A DNA stretch of 64,000 bases from Holophagaceae bacterium (lineage in GTDB: Bacteria; Acidobacteriota; Holophagae; Holophagales; Holophagaceae). The stretch spans positions 61,142-125,141 of the forward strand of contig DATFAX010000051.1 in assembly GCA_035254125.1 (NCBI GenBank). Direction: 5' to 3'. Positions 53,921 through 64,000 of the stretch are shown in pieces. The notes under the pieces were generated by a model, which was given only the letters and a program-made list of their open reading frames with translations, was not told the DNA's origin and did no database searches. Position numbers and translations under genes: made by a program. Numbering within the stretch: the stretch's first letter is position 1; each line of letters starts with the position of its first letter.

Positions 53921-54367
53921 ATGAAGGGGTTGTTCCTGACATGCCTGATCTGGGGCTTGATCCAGTCGCCCGGGGGGGTGGACCCCAAAGGGCTGGTGGG
54001 CACTTGGCAGGGGGAAGGGCGGTACGCGGACGGGGAGCTGGATCGGGCCCGGGGACCTGTGCCCTTCCTTCTGCGGGTGGATGCCGCCCTCCAGGGGGAG
54101 GGCACCGTGGGCGAGGCCCGCATCCGGGATTGGCGCCTGGAACGCCGGGGGCAGATCCTCCGCATCGAAGCGCGCTTGGAGGGGCGGATCCGCATGGATG
54201 CCCCCTTCGAGAAGGACCACCTGTTCCTCCAGGTGGAGGATCTCCGCACCAACCGGTTCATGGCGGAATTCCAGGTGCGCAGTGACGAGGCCTTCGACCC
54301 CTCCCCGGAGGAGGGGCGGGTGACCTTTACACGGATCCGGCCCCTGAGCGATCCCGCCAAGCCCTGA
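53921..54367 (+). CDS. Hypothetical small exported protein
   Basis: Met 11 of ORF 53891..54367, GGAAGGG upstream. MKGLFLTCLIWGLIQSPGG is hydrophobic at the N-terminus. Coding-like composition, no domain recognised. Confidence 0.55.
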   Translation: MKGLFLTCLIWGLIQSPGGVDPKGLVGTWQGEGRYADGELDRARGPVPFLLRVDAALQGEGTVGEARIRDWRLERRGQILRIEARLEGRIRMDAPFEKDHLFLQVEDLRTNRFMAEFQVRSDEAFDPSPEEGRVTFTRIRPLSDPAKP

Positions 54368-54881
54368 AGGCCAGCCAAGCAGCCCCGGCGAGCATGAGCA
54401 GCCAACCGAGGACCGCCACGCGGCCGGCCAGGATCTGGTCCTTCCGGAGCAGGTGCCATTGGAGGAGGAGTTCACCCCAATCGTGCTCCCCGCCGCCCAC
54501 CAGGGGCAGCACCTGGGCCCGGGCATCGGCCATGTAGCGCGCGATGTTGAGCAGGTTCTGACCGGCCCACTGGCCGCAGAGGGCCACACCCAGGGGCTGG
54601 CGCTTCAGCCAGAAGCTGCCCCCGAGGAGCGCGGGAACGAGGAGCTGCATCAGCGTGCCCCCCAGCAGGGTCAGGGTCTCCCAGCCCAAGATTCCGAACA
54701 CCGGGTGCCCCGCCTCGTGGAAGACGAGGTTGATGCCGTCCAGGAAGGGCATCCAGCCGTCCTCGGTGCGACCCAGACCCACGAGGAGGAGGAAGGCGAG
54801 GGGCAGGGCCGCGGCCCAGGGTGCCAGGGGGGCCCAAGGCTCATTCAGCTGCTCCCTGAGACCCTTGAGCCACTCCGCCAC
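54327..54881 (-). CDS. Integral membrane HExxH protein (peptidase M50B-like)
   Basis: GTG 54881 (GAGGGAGG upstream) within ORF 54327..54974(-). INLVFHEAGHPVFG metal motif, 5-6 TM segments, GGGEHDW. Confidence 0.55.
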   Translation of the reverse strand: MAEWLKGLREQLNEPWAPLAPWAAALPLAFLLLVGLGRTEDGWMPFLDGINLVFHEAGHPVFGILGWETLTLLGGTLMQLLVPALLGGSFWLKRQPLGVALCGQWAGQNLLNIARYMADARAQVLPLVGGGEHDWGELLLQWHLLRKDQILAGRVAVLGWLLMLAGAAWLAFRAWRDRSGAGSV

Positions 54882-54891
54882 GGGGCCTCCC

Positions 54892-55548
54892 TCAGGCGTG
54901 GGCGCGGTGGTGGAGGACGATCTGCTCCACTGTCTCGTGGAGGCTGAGGTGCCCGTTGTCCAGCTCCCAGGCATCGTCGGCTTTGCGGAGCGGCGCCACG
55001 GCGCGGGTGCTGTCCTGGTGGTCCCGCTGGGCCAGATCCGCCTGGACTTCGGCGAGGCTCAGGGCGGAACCCTTGGCCTCCAGTTCGCGCCAGCGGCGGG
55101 AGGCGCGGGCCTCCACGGTGGCGATGAGGTACACCTTGCAGCAGGCGTTGGGGAAGACCACGGTGCCGATGTCGCGGCCGTCCACCACCCAGCAGCCGCG
55201 CTGGCCGAGCTTGCGCTGCTGGGCCACCAGCACGTCGCGGATGGCGGGATCGGCGCTCATGGGGCTCACGAGCTTCGTGATCTCGGGGGTGCGGATGGCT
55301 TCGCTCACATCCTCGCCGTCGAGGAAATTGCGGGTGCCCCGCTGCTCCAGCTGGGCCTTGCCGGCGACCTCGGCCACCCGGGCATCACCCAGGGCGAGGC
55401 CCGCGCGCTGGATGGCCAGGGCCACGGTGCGGTACATGGCGCCCGTATCGAGGTAATCCCACCCCAGGGCCTCGGCCACGCGGCGGGCGGTGGTGGATTT
55501 CCCGGCACCGGAAGGGCCGTCCAGGGCGATCAGTTCCAACTTCGGCAT
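54892..55548 (-). CDS. cmk: Cytidylate kinase
   Basis: 218 aa. IALDGPSGAGKST (P-loop), LDTGAMYR, VVDGRDIGTVVFP. Confidence 0.95.
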   Translation of the reverse strand: MPKLELIALDGPSGAGKSTTARRVAEALGWDYLDTGAMYRTVALAIQRAGLALGDARVAEVAGKAQLEQRGTRNFLDGEDVSEAIRTPEITKLVSPMSADPAIRDVLVAQQRKLGQRGCWVVDGRDIGTVVFPNACCKVYLIATVEARASRRWRELEAKGSALSLAEVQADLAQRDHQDSTRAVAPLRKADDAWELDNGHLSLHETVEQIVLHHRAHA

Positions 55549-55573
55549 GGGTTCATTCTAAGTGGAAAGAGGG

Positions 55574-55652
55574 TAGACACGGAGGCCACGGAAAAGGCGG
55601 AGGACGCGGAGGGGAAGCTGGAGGTGAGCCGTCTCCTCCGCGATCTCCGTGT

Positions 55653-55655
<3 letters not shown>
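55574..55655. repeat. Intergenic nested-palindrome repeat, copy B (recQ -> cmk spacer, overlaps the recQ stop codon)
   Basis: tagacacggag (55574-55584) is the exact reverse complement of ctccgtgtcta (55645-55655). The inner pair is cgcggagg (55615-55622) / cctccgcg (55635-55642). The left half (acacggaggccacggaaaaggcggaggacgcggagg) aligns with copy A (acacgcagaggtgaaccgagaaaagcggaggtaggcagcgg). Confidence 0.65.
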
Positions 55656-57352
<1,697 letters not shown>

Positions 57353-57353
<1 letters not shown>

Positions 57354-57589
57354 CAGCAGCCGCAGTCGATCAGGGGGCCCGCTTCGGACCAGAAGGTGGA
57401 CCAATCCGTGCTGCGGATCTGCACGGTGAAGTCGCCCACGGCCTCGGCCTCGAAGTCCCGGGCCCGCAGGGCCTTGGCCAGGTGGATGGCGGGCTCGCGC
57501 ACCTCCAGTCGAAGGACATCTCCGTCCAGACCGAGGAAGGCCGCCCGACGACGGGCGGCCTCCACGCGGCAGAGGGCTTCCGACTCCAT
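57353..57589 (-). CDS. Small conserved-looking protein ending in CGC (distant IscA/HesB-like pattern), coupled to recQ
   Basis: 78 aa. The start is 4 nt after the clpP stop, and the TGA overlaps the recQ ATG (ATGA), followed by a second in-frame TGA. VLRLEV...FTVQI...LIDCGC loosely resembles the IscA beta pattern and its C-terminal CGC. Confidence 0.5.
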
Positions 57590-57592
57590 GGA

Positions 57593-58186
<594 letters not shown>

Positions 58187-58224
58187 GGGGGACCTCGTTG
58201 GGGGTTCAGGATAGCAAGGGGTTC

Positions 58225-58320
58225 AACTGAACACGCAGAGGTGAACCGAGAAAAGCGGAGGTAGGCAGCGGTTTTTCTCTGCTCACCTCCGCCCCTCTGC
58301 TCACCTCTGCGTGTTCAGTT
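58225..58320. repeat. Intergenic nested-palindrome repeat, copy A (tig -> clpP spacer)
   Basis: aactgaacacgcagaggtga (58225-58244) is the exact reverse complement of tcacctctgcgtgttcagtt (58301-58320). The inner pair is gcggaggt / acctccgc. On the transcribed (minus) strand the inner stem is followed by TTTTCTC. ctctgctcacctc is directly repeated. Confidence 0.7.
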
Positions 58321-58329
58321 CAGGCAATG

Positions 58330-58358
58330 AAAAAGCGGGGCGCCAGGGGCACCCCGCT
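58330..58358 (-). terminator. Rho-independent terminator of tig
   Basis: Minus strand reads AGCGGGGTGCC-CCT-GGCGCCCCGCT followed by TTTTT. The single non-Watson-Crick pair is G-U only on the minus strand. 20 nt downstream of the tig stop. Confidence 0.8.
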
Positions 58359-58378
58359 TGGTCAAGGCCAGGAATGAA

Positions 58379-60004
58379 CTACTCGGCCTTCTTCTTTGCA
58401 GGAGCCTTCTTGGGCTTCTCCTCGGACTCAGGCTCAGCCTTCTTGGCGGCGGCCTTCTTCGCGGGCTTCTCCTCGGCGGCCTCGGGTTCGGCCTTGGGGG
58501 CGGCCTTCTTGCCCGTCTTCTTGGGCTTTTCCTCGTGGTCGTGATCGTGGTTGCAGTCGGGACCGTGGACGTGCTCGTGGTGGTGGGCGGGAGCGCCGCC
58601 CTCCTGCTCGGCCAGGTCGCCGCCCTCGAGGCCGCCGGCATCGAAGCGCTCGATGGCCTCGCCGGCCTCGCGCTTGCGCTCGAGCTCGACGACCTTGAGG
58701 AAGGCCTCCTTGTCCAGGAGCTCCTCGGTGACGGTGGCGCTGCTGAGGAGGCGCTCGAAGATCTTGTCCGTGCGGATGCGGCCCTTGATCTCGGTGGTGG
58801 CGCCGCGCTGCTCAAGGTTGGCCTTGAAGGCGGTGAAGGGTTCCTGGACCTTGTTCTCATCCATGAAGGCGCGGATGTCGGCGTCGATCTCCTCATCCGT
58901 GACCTGGATGTCCTCGGCGTTGCCGATGGCCTGCAGGAGGTAGCCGCTGCGCACGGCGCGCTCGGCGTCCCGCAGGCGGTGCTGGCGGTAGGCCTGCCAG
59001 TTCACGCGACGGGGATCCACGCCCTGCTGCTGCACGGTGCGGGCGAACTCCTGGCAGTAGTCATCCAGCTGCAGGCCCACCATGCTGCGGGGGGCCTCGA
59101 ACTTGGCGCTGTCGAGGAGCTGGTCGAGGATCACGGTCTGAACGCGGGCCACGGCATCGCGCTCGGCGGCCTCTTCGAGGTCCTTCTTCACGCCTTCCTT
59201 GAGCTCGGCGAGGGTCTGGTACTGGCCCAGGTCCTTGGCGAGATCATCGTTGAGGTCGGGCAGCACGCGGTTGTGGATCTCCTTCACGGTGATCGTGTAG
59301 GTGATGGTCTTGCCGGCCAGGCTGGGGTTGGGGGCCTGGGTGGGGTCCGCGTCGTGGGTCACGGTGAAGGTCTTGGTCTCGTCGGCCTTCAGGCCCACGA
59401 GGTTGGCGTCGAAGGGACGGTCGGCCTTGAGCTCGATGACCTGGTCCTTGTAGGAGAGGGCCTTGGCGGGCTTCCCCTTCTCGCCCTCGGGGAGGACCTT
59501 GATGTCGCAGCTGACGAGGTGGCCGATCTCGGAGGCGCCCTCCACGGGCAGGAACTTGTTGGCGCGCTGGCGGAGCCCTTCGAGGTGCTCGGCCACGGCT
59601 TCGGCGTCGATGGCGCGCTTCTGCTTCTTGACCTTGAGCCCCTTGTACTCGGGCAGCTGGACCTCAGGGGCGACGTCGAACTGGGCCTTGAAAGTGGCAT
59701 CCTTGCCGTCGCGCAGCTCAACCTTCTCCAGGGCCGGCTGGGAGATGGGCATCACGCCCGCTTCCTGGGCCTTGGCCCAGAAGTGGCGCTCCATGAGCTG
59801 CTGGGCCACGTCCTGGTGGATCTCCTGGCCGTACTTCTGGAGGAGCACGGTCTTGGGGGCCTTGCCGGGGCGGAAGCCGGGGATGCGGACCTTGGGGGCG
59901 ATCTTGGAGACCACCTCATTGAAGGCCGCGCTCACTTCGGCGGCGGGCACGCTGAGCTCCAGGCTGAAGCGCGTGGCGGAATGCTGGGCGACGTTGACGG
60001 ACAT
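58379..60004 (-). CDS. tig: Trigger factor with a ~100-aa C-terminal extension (His-rich cluster + Lys/Ala/Glu/Pro tail)
   Basis: 541 aa. N-terminal ribosome-binding GFRPGKAPK motif, FKBP-type PPIase domain, C-terminal arm domain. Then ...APAHHHEHVHGPDCNHDHDHEEKPKKTGKKAAPKAEPEAAEEKPAKKAAAKKAEPESEEKPKKAPAKKKAE. Confidence 0.95.
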   Translation of the reverse strand: MSVNVAQHSATRFSLELSVPAAEVSAAFNEVVSKIAPKVRIPGFRPGKAPKTVLLQKYGQEIHQDVAQQLMERHFWAKAQEAGVMPISQPALEKVELRDGKDATFKAQFDVAPEVQLPEYKGLKVKKQKRAIDAEAVAEHLEGLRQRANKFLPVEGASEIGHLVSCDIKVLPEGEKGKPAKALSYKDQVIELKADRPFDANLVGLKADETKTFTVTHDADPTQAPNPSLAGKTITYTITVKEIHNRVLPDLNDDLAKDLGQYQTLAELKEGVKKDLEEAAERDAVARVQTVILDQLLDSAKFEAPRSMVGLQLDDYCQEFARTVQQQGVDPRRVNWQAYRQHRLRDAERAVRSGYLLQAIGNAEDIQVTDEEIDADIRAFMDENKVQEPFTAFKANLEQRGATTEIKGRIRTDKIFERLLSSATVTEELLDKEAFLKVVELERKREAGEAIERFDAGGLEGGDLAEQEGGAPAHHHEHVHGPDCNHDHDHEEKPKKTGKKAAPKAEPEAAEEKPAKKAAAKKAEPESEEKPKKAPAKKKAE

Positions 60005-60044
60005 GCGGGGACTCCAGGGTGGTTTCGGAAAGGCGGGGGGGGGG

Positions 60045-60129
60045 TGGTGCGAGCGGCCGGACTCGAACCGGCACGGGGTGAGCCGCTGGAACCTAAATCC
60101 AGTGCGTCTACCAGTTTCGCCACGCTCGC
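60045..60129 (-). tRNA. tRNA-Leu (anticodon TAG)
   Basis: Reverse complement GCGAGCGTGGCGAAACTGGTAGACGCACTGGATTTAGGTTCCAGCGGCTCACCCCGTGCCGGTTCGAGTCCGGCCGCTCGCACCA. Long variable arm, anticodon loop TTTAGGT, encoded CCA. Confidence 0.9.
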
Positions 60130-60141
60130 GGGATTGCGGGG

Positions 60142-60218
60142 TGGTGCACCCAGAGAGATTCGAACTCCCGACCCTCAGGTTCGAAGCCTGATGCTCTATC
60201 CAGCTGAGCTATGGGTGC
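60142..60218 (-). tRNA. tRNA-Arg (anticodon TCG)
   Basis: Reverse complement GCACCCATAGCTCAGCTGGATAGAGCATCAGGCTTCGAACCTGAGGGTCGGGAGTTCGAATCTCTCTGGGTGCACCA. Anticodon loop CTTCGAA. Confidence 0.9.
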
Positions 60219-60335
60219 CTCATTAAGAACCTTCGATTCTACCCTGCCTGAGGGCCGGGGACGACACCTGGATTGGCTGGGTATCGCCACCGGCTGCGCC
60301 GAATGCACCTTCGGATCGCTTGAGTGCCGGCAGCT

Positions 60336-61262
60336 TTACCCCAAACACCAGGCATCTTCGGCCCCGAAGCGCCGCATCCGGTCCAGGTCCGCTTCAGAGG
60401 CCCCCAGGGCCCGCGCGGCTTCGCGTTCCGAGGCCAGGTCGCAGGGGATGACGCCGGGGTCGTCCGTCCCCAGGGCGCAGCGCACTCCGGCGGCCAGCAT
60501 CCGGGGCAGGGGGTGGGGTCGGACGTCAGCGGCCAGGAGGGCGTTGGAGCGGGGGCACACATCCACGGGGATGCGCCGGTGGGCCAGGAGCTCCAGGGTG
60601 GCCCCGTCGGACCTGAGTCCGTGGACGATGCGGGCCACCCCCCCCTCCAGGATCGCCTCCCGCACCTGGTCCGCATCGCCGTTCTCCCCGGCGTGGGCCG
60701 CGATGCGGAGGCCCCGCTTCCGGGCCCGGTCGAAGACGGGAGCCCACTGCCGGAAGGGCACGCGCTCCAGGCCCCCGGTGCTGAAGCCCACCACGTAGGG
60801 CGGCAGGTCGCCTTCGATGAGGTCCAACACGGCGTGGCCGTGGTCGGGACCGAAGTGGTTCACGGCATCCACCACCACGCAAGCGCTCAGCCCCTGGGCC
60901 CGGGCGTCGGCGAGGCCCCGTTCCAGGCCCCGCCAGAAGGCGTCCAGGCTGAGCAGCTTCCAGTGGGAGACGAGGGCGCTGGGGCTGCACCAGAGGTCGA
61001 AGCCTGTGCCGCCGGCCCGGGCCGTGCGGGTGGCGATGGCCGCCACGGCGGCGGCCACGGCATTTTCGGAGGCCAGCAGCTGGGCCCCGAAGAGGAATGC
61101 CTCGATGAACGCCTCGAAGGGCTGAGCCTCGCCCCGCCATAGGGCCTCGAGGCTGGCCGGGAGGGGCACGCCACGAAGGGCGGCCTCGGCCCGGACCCAT
61201 GCCGGATCGAGACCGCCCTCCAGGTGGACGTGGCGATCGATGAGGGGCGGGAGCGGGTTCAT
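60336..61262 (-). CDS. Adenosine/AMP deaminase-family metallohydrolase
   Basis: Last 308 aa of ORF 60336..61427(-). IDRHVHLEGG, AAHAGE, VHG, LGTDDPG motifs in the canonical order. ATG 61274 is an alternative start. Confidence 0.75.
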   Translation of the reverse strand: MNPLPPLIDRHVHLEGGLDPAWVRAEAALRGVPLPASLEALWRGEAQPFEAFIEAFLFGAQLLASENAVAAAVAAIATRTARAGGTGFDLWCSPSALVSHWKLLSLDAFWRGLERGLADARAQGLSACVVVDAVNHFGPDHGHAVLDLIEGDLPPYVVGFSTGGLERVPFRQWAPVFDRARKRGLRIAAHAGENGDADQVREAILEGGVARIVHGLRSDGATLELLAHRRIPVDVCPRSNALLAADVRPHPLPRMLAAGVRCALGTDDPGVIPCDLASEREAARALGASEADLDRMRRFGAEDAWCLG

Positions 61263-61296
61263 GGGAAGCCCCATGCTACCGCCGCCCTTCCAGGGG

Positions 61297-61590
61297 CTAC
61301 TCGTCGTAGTCGTCCATGCGCAGGTCGCCGGGGTCGGGACCCTCGCCGCGGCCGCGCTCAAGCGGGATCGCCTCGGTGAAGGCTTCGCCCTCGAGACCTT
61401 CGGCCTCCGGCTCCGCGGCGAAATCATCCTCGATCACGTGGGCGACCTTCTCCTTCTTGGGAGCCTTCGGCTTCGCGGGCGCGTCCTTCATCTTCGCGCC
61501 GCACTTGGGGCAAGAGGGATCCGCCTTCCCAAAATCGTAGAACTTCGCCCCGCACTGGAAGCAACTGTGCTTCTTGCCCAGGTCCGCCAT
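61297..61590 (-). CDS. FYDLN_acid family zinc-ribbon protein (TIGR02300-like)
   Basis: 97 aa. CFQCGAKFYDFGKADPSCPKCG followed by a Lys-rich then an acidic tail. Confidence 0.8.
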   Translation of the reverse strand: MADLGKKHSCFQCGAKFYDFGKADPSCPKCGAKMKDAPAKPKAPKKEKVAHVIEDDFAAEPEAEGLEGEAFTEAIPLERGRGEGPDPGDLRMDDYDE

Positions 61591-61655
61591 GATTCCAACC
61601 CCTCCGCGCTACAGGTCTCAAAGATCGGAAGGAATACCACGGAACTGAGGTTCTG

Positions 61656-62666
61656 TCACGCCCAAGGAGCTGAGCCCAGGCGTCCGGCATCGCCCTCGCA
61701 CAGCAATTCGATGATGGCCCGTCCGAAAATTCCGTGACGGACCTCCAGGTCCTCCCCGAAACGGTCCACGAAGCTCTGGCGGCTCCGGTCCAATTCCTCC
61801 CGCAGGAGGCCGTAGAGGTTCCCCTGGGTGCGGGCCTGCTCCACCTTGGCGGGGAAGTAGAGCTCGATGTCCCCGGCCAGCACGCGGGCGAACCGCTCGG
61901 CGGTGGCCTTCACCTTGGGGTCCAGGGCCGGGGCGGCGGGTTCGGGGAGGGGGTCCTGCACCAGCATGGTGGGCAGGGTGGGGTGGTCCACCGGAGGCGG
62001 GGCCTTCTCCTCCTCCTTGGCGCCGGCCAGGGCCCCCAGGGTGGCGCTGGCCGCCTGGGCCAGGGCGCGGAGGGCCTGGGGATGGTCCAGGGTCTGGCGC
62101 ATGCCCGAGTCCACCAGGAGCAGGGCCACGGGCTTCCGCTTGAGCCGGAGGGGCAGGATGCGCGCCTCGGCGGCCTCCATGCGGGCCAGGGGGGCCAGCA
62201 GGGCCTGGTAACCCGGCCCCTTGCCCACCCAGGACTGGCGGCCGGCCAGGAGCTCCTCCAGGTCCGCGGGGGGGACCACAGGGGTGCCGGGGCGGGCGGG
62301 GGTGCCCTCGAAGCCCCGCCAGGCGTAGAGGTTGGGGATGCCCTGCTTGATGACGTAGAGGGCGCAGCGTTCCACCACGGGATCCAGGCCATCCAGGAGG
62401 CGCCGGAGGGCCTCGCTCTGGTTGGCGGCCCCCTCGAGGAGGTCCAGGGCGGCGCCCAGTTCCCGGTCGATGCCGGGGCCTTCGCCCCCGCCCTGGGGCA
62501 GGGCGCCGGCGAGCCGGCCCAAGAGGTCCGCGTCCGGCTGCAGGCGCAGGCCCGCGGCCTGCAGGGTGCCGGCGATATCCTCGAACAGGCGCTGATGCCG
62601 CTCGGCGGCCCAGGTGGCGAGGATGGTCCGGAGGGCCTCGGTGTCGGTGGGGGTCATGGGATCCAT
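61656..62666 (-). CDS. Hypothetical protein (central GAF-like region)
   Basis: Met 24 of ORF 61656..62735(-). Coding-like composition. Start uncertain (62657 is an alternative), no clear SD. Confidence 0.55.
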   Translation of the reverse strand: MDPMTPTDTEALRTILATWAAERHQRLFEDIAGTLQAAGLRLQPDADLLGRLAGALPQGGGEGPGIDRELGAALDLLEGAANQSEALRRLLDGLDPVVERCALYVIKQGIPNLYAWRGFEGTPARPGTPVVPPADLEELLAGRQSWVGKGPGYQALLAPLARMEAAEARILPLRLKRKPVALLLVDSGMRQTLDHPQALRALAQAASATLGALAGAKEEEKAPPPVDHPTLPTMLVQDPLPEPAAPALDPKVKATAERFARVLAGDIELYFPAKVEQARTQGNLYGLLREELDRSRQSFVDRFGEDLEVRHGIFGRAIIELLCEGDAGRLGSAPWA

Positions 62667-62766
62667 GTGGAAGGGTGGAAACAGCCTAGCAGGGGAGCGC
62701 GGGGGTTTTGGGACGGGTCTATAGCCAAGGGCCATCCGGCCCGATTAGGATGGGGTTCCTGGATCC

Positions 62767-63132
62767 TTGGAGCTTGATGTGGCTGACCTTTCGATCGAAG
62801 TGCGCGAAGTGGGTGGCGTCGCGGTGGTCCTGCCCGCGGGGTTCATCAACGCTCACACGGTCCGGGAGTTCGAGCAGGCCCTGGAGGGCCTCGTCTCCAA
62901 GGGGCAGTACCGCATCCTCCTGAACTGCCAGAACCTGTCTTACATCTCCAGCGCCGGTCTGGGGGCCATCATGGGCCTCATCGAGACCGTTCGGGAGAAC
63001 GAGGGGGACATCCTCCTGTCCAACCTCCAGGACAACGTCTTCGCCATCTTCGACACCCTGGGCTTCACCCAGCTCTACCGCGTGTTCAAGGACCAGGAAG
63101 AAGCCCTGGCCGCCACGGACAAGGGGGCCTGA
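62767..63132 (+). CDS. STAS-domain anti-sigma-factor antagonist (SpoIIAA/RsbV-like)
   Basis: 121 aa, TTG (or GTG 62779) start. ILLNCQNLSYISSAGLGAIMG carries the phosphorylatable Ser context. ...FDTLGFTQLYRVF. Confidence 0.85.
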   Translation: MELDVADLSIEVREVGGVAVVLPAGFINAHTVREFEQALEGLVSKGQYRILLNCQNLSYISSAGLGAIMGLIETVRENEGDILLSNLQDNVFAIFDTLGFTQLYRVFKDQEEALAATDKGA

Positions 63133-63133
63133 G

Positions 63134-63562
63134 GTGGTCAAGGTCCAATCCGCCGAGTTCCGGCTCACCATCCCCAGTCAGACCCGGTACCTGAACCTGG
63201 TGACGGGCCTGGCGAAGCGAGCGGCCATCGTGAGCGGCATGGACGACGCCACCGCGGCCAAGGTCAGCATCGCCGTGGACGAGGCCGTCACCAACGTCAT
63301 CCTCCACGCCTACAAAGGGGACCCCGGCCGGGAGGTCGAATTGGACCTGCGCTTCACGGGCGTGGCCCTGGAGATCCACATCTGGCACAGCGGCGAGGGC
63401 ATCCACCGGGATCAGGTGGTGCTCCCCGACCCCACCGAATACGTGAAGCACCCCCGCAAGGGCGGCCTGGGCCTCCTGCTCATGAGCCGGTTCATGGATG
63501 AGGTGGACTTCCGCGAGGACCACGGCCGTTCGGAATGCCTCCTGGTGAAGAAGATCTCCTGA
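63134..63562 (+). CDS. Anti-sigma regulatory factor, Ser/Thr kinase (RsbW/SpoIIAB-like HATPase)
   Basis: 142 aa, GTG start 2 nt after the STAS stop. AVDEAVTNVILHAY (N-box), GGLGLLLMSRFMDEV (G-box). Confidence 0.85.
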   Translation: MVKVQSAEFRLTIPSQTRYLNLVTGLAKRAAIVSGMDDATAAKVSIAVDEAVTNVILHAYKGDPGREVELDLRFTGVALEIHIWHSGEGIHRDQVVLPDPTEYVKHPRKGGLGLLLMSRFMDEVDFREDHGRSECLLVKKIS

Positions 63563-63569
63563 GGGTCTG

Positions 63570-64000
63570 ATGGCGCCGCTCGGCACCCCCGCATCCGACG
63601 CCTTCGCCCGCCTGCGGCAGATGGCCATGGGCATCCCCGGCGGCGCCCAGGAGCTGCTGCCCCTGGTGGACTTCCTGGAGACCTTCCCGGACCAGGGCAC
63701 GGAGGAGGACCTGCTCCACCTGGTGGGCGTCTCCGCCCTGGGCATCGCCCGGGCCGGGCAGGGCGGCATCTGGGATGGTCAGAAGTGGCTCTTCCTCCGG
63801 GGGGCCGCGCCCGCCTTCCCCACCAACCCCGGCAAGGACTGGGTGAGCCTGCCCTGGCGGCACGGGGATGCCACCTACGGCCACCTGGTGGTCAAGGCCC
63901 AGGGCGAGGTGCCCGCGGCCCTGCACCTGCTCCTCACCATCAGCGCGCCCCTGCTCGTCTGGCGTCGGCTGGAGGCTCTGCGGAGCGATCAGAACCGCCA
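63570..64000 (+). CDS. Partial CDS (N-terminal 143 aa); GAF-like sensor, probably the N-terminus of an RsbU/SpoIIE-type PP2C phosphatase
   Basis: Own translation from ATG 63570: MAPLGTPASDAFARLRQMAMGIPGG...GGIWDGQKWLFLRG...YGHLVVKAQGEVPAALHLLLTISAPLLVWRRLEALRSDQNR. The frame stays open to the window end. The phosphatase call is inferred only from its position after the STAS/RsbW pair. Confidence 0.45.
   Translation, partial: MAPLGTPASDAFARLRQMAMGIPGGAQELLPLVDFLETFPDQGTEEDLLHLVGVSALGIARAGQGGIWDGQKWLFLRGAAPAFPTNPGKDWVSLPWRHGDATYGHLVVKAQGEVPAALHLLLTISAPLLVWRRLEALRSDQNR

Overview
High-GC (roughly 68-70 % by eye) chromosomal window from a diderm bacterium. lpxB, kdsC, porins, a TolC/RND system and lipoproteins are all present. 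The overall flavour suggests Acidobacteriota/Holophagae-like, but I cannot verify taxonomy. I support about 62 protein-coding genes and 3 tRNAs (initiator Met, Leu-UAG, Arg-UCG). I also call several intrinsic terminators, one textbook sigma-54 promoter, three copies of an intergenic nested-palindrome repeat, and one large unexplained structured non-coding element. I see no transposase, integrase, CRISPR/cas, restriction-modification or recognisable anti-phage genes, so this is core chromosome rather than an island. Most long ORFs in the supplied track are high-GC antisense shadows of real genes and were discarded.

Gene content, left to right:
- rapA (5' part), an HD-GYP protein and a MocR-type regulator.
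- Two paralogous secreted M4 proteases, each paired with a lipoprotein, then a large membrane Ser/Thr kinase.
- A methyltransferase, tRNA-fMet, a MOSC protein, an M1 peptidase and pyrF.
- A c-di-GMP/cytoskeleton neighbourhood: a small PilZ protein, a membrane protein and a B12-radical-SAM/TPR protein. It continues with two tandem PilZN-PilZ-pseudoreceiver proteins, a bactofilin and a 780-aa pentapeptide-repeat protein.
- A degenerate PurL-like protein, a Tat-exported amidase and small secreted proteins.
- AraC, a PstS-like protein and a porin.
- A TolC-RND-MFP efflux operon with a divergent histidine kinase, sigma-54 response regulator and USP.
- ATL/DUF2203, lpxB, a panE-like gene, kdsC, rhodanese and cydAB.
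- hsp20, cmk, recQ, clpP and tig.
- An adenosine-deaminase-like gene and a STAS/RsbW/phosphatase partner-switching module.

Best candidates for something new:
1. A roughly 268-nt element with 20-bp terminal pairing and fully nested helices directly after hsp20 (53545-53812).
2. The PilZ-pseudoreceiver x2 + bactofilin operon, convergent with the giant pentapeptide-repeat protein.
3. The M4-protease/lipoprotein pairs carrying dockerin-like and cohesin-like signatures.
4. The GGAGG/CCTCC-rich nested-palindrome repeat family in same-strand intercistronic spacers.

All family assignments rest on motif recognition by eye. No database search was possible.
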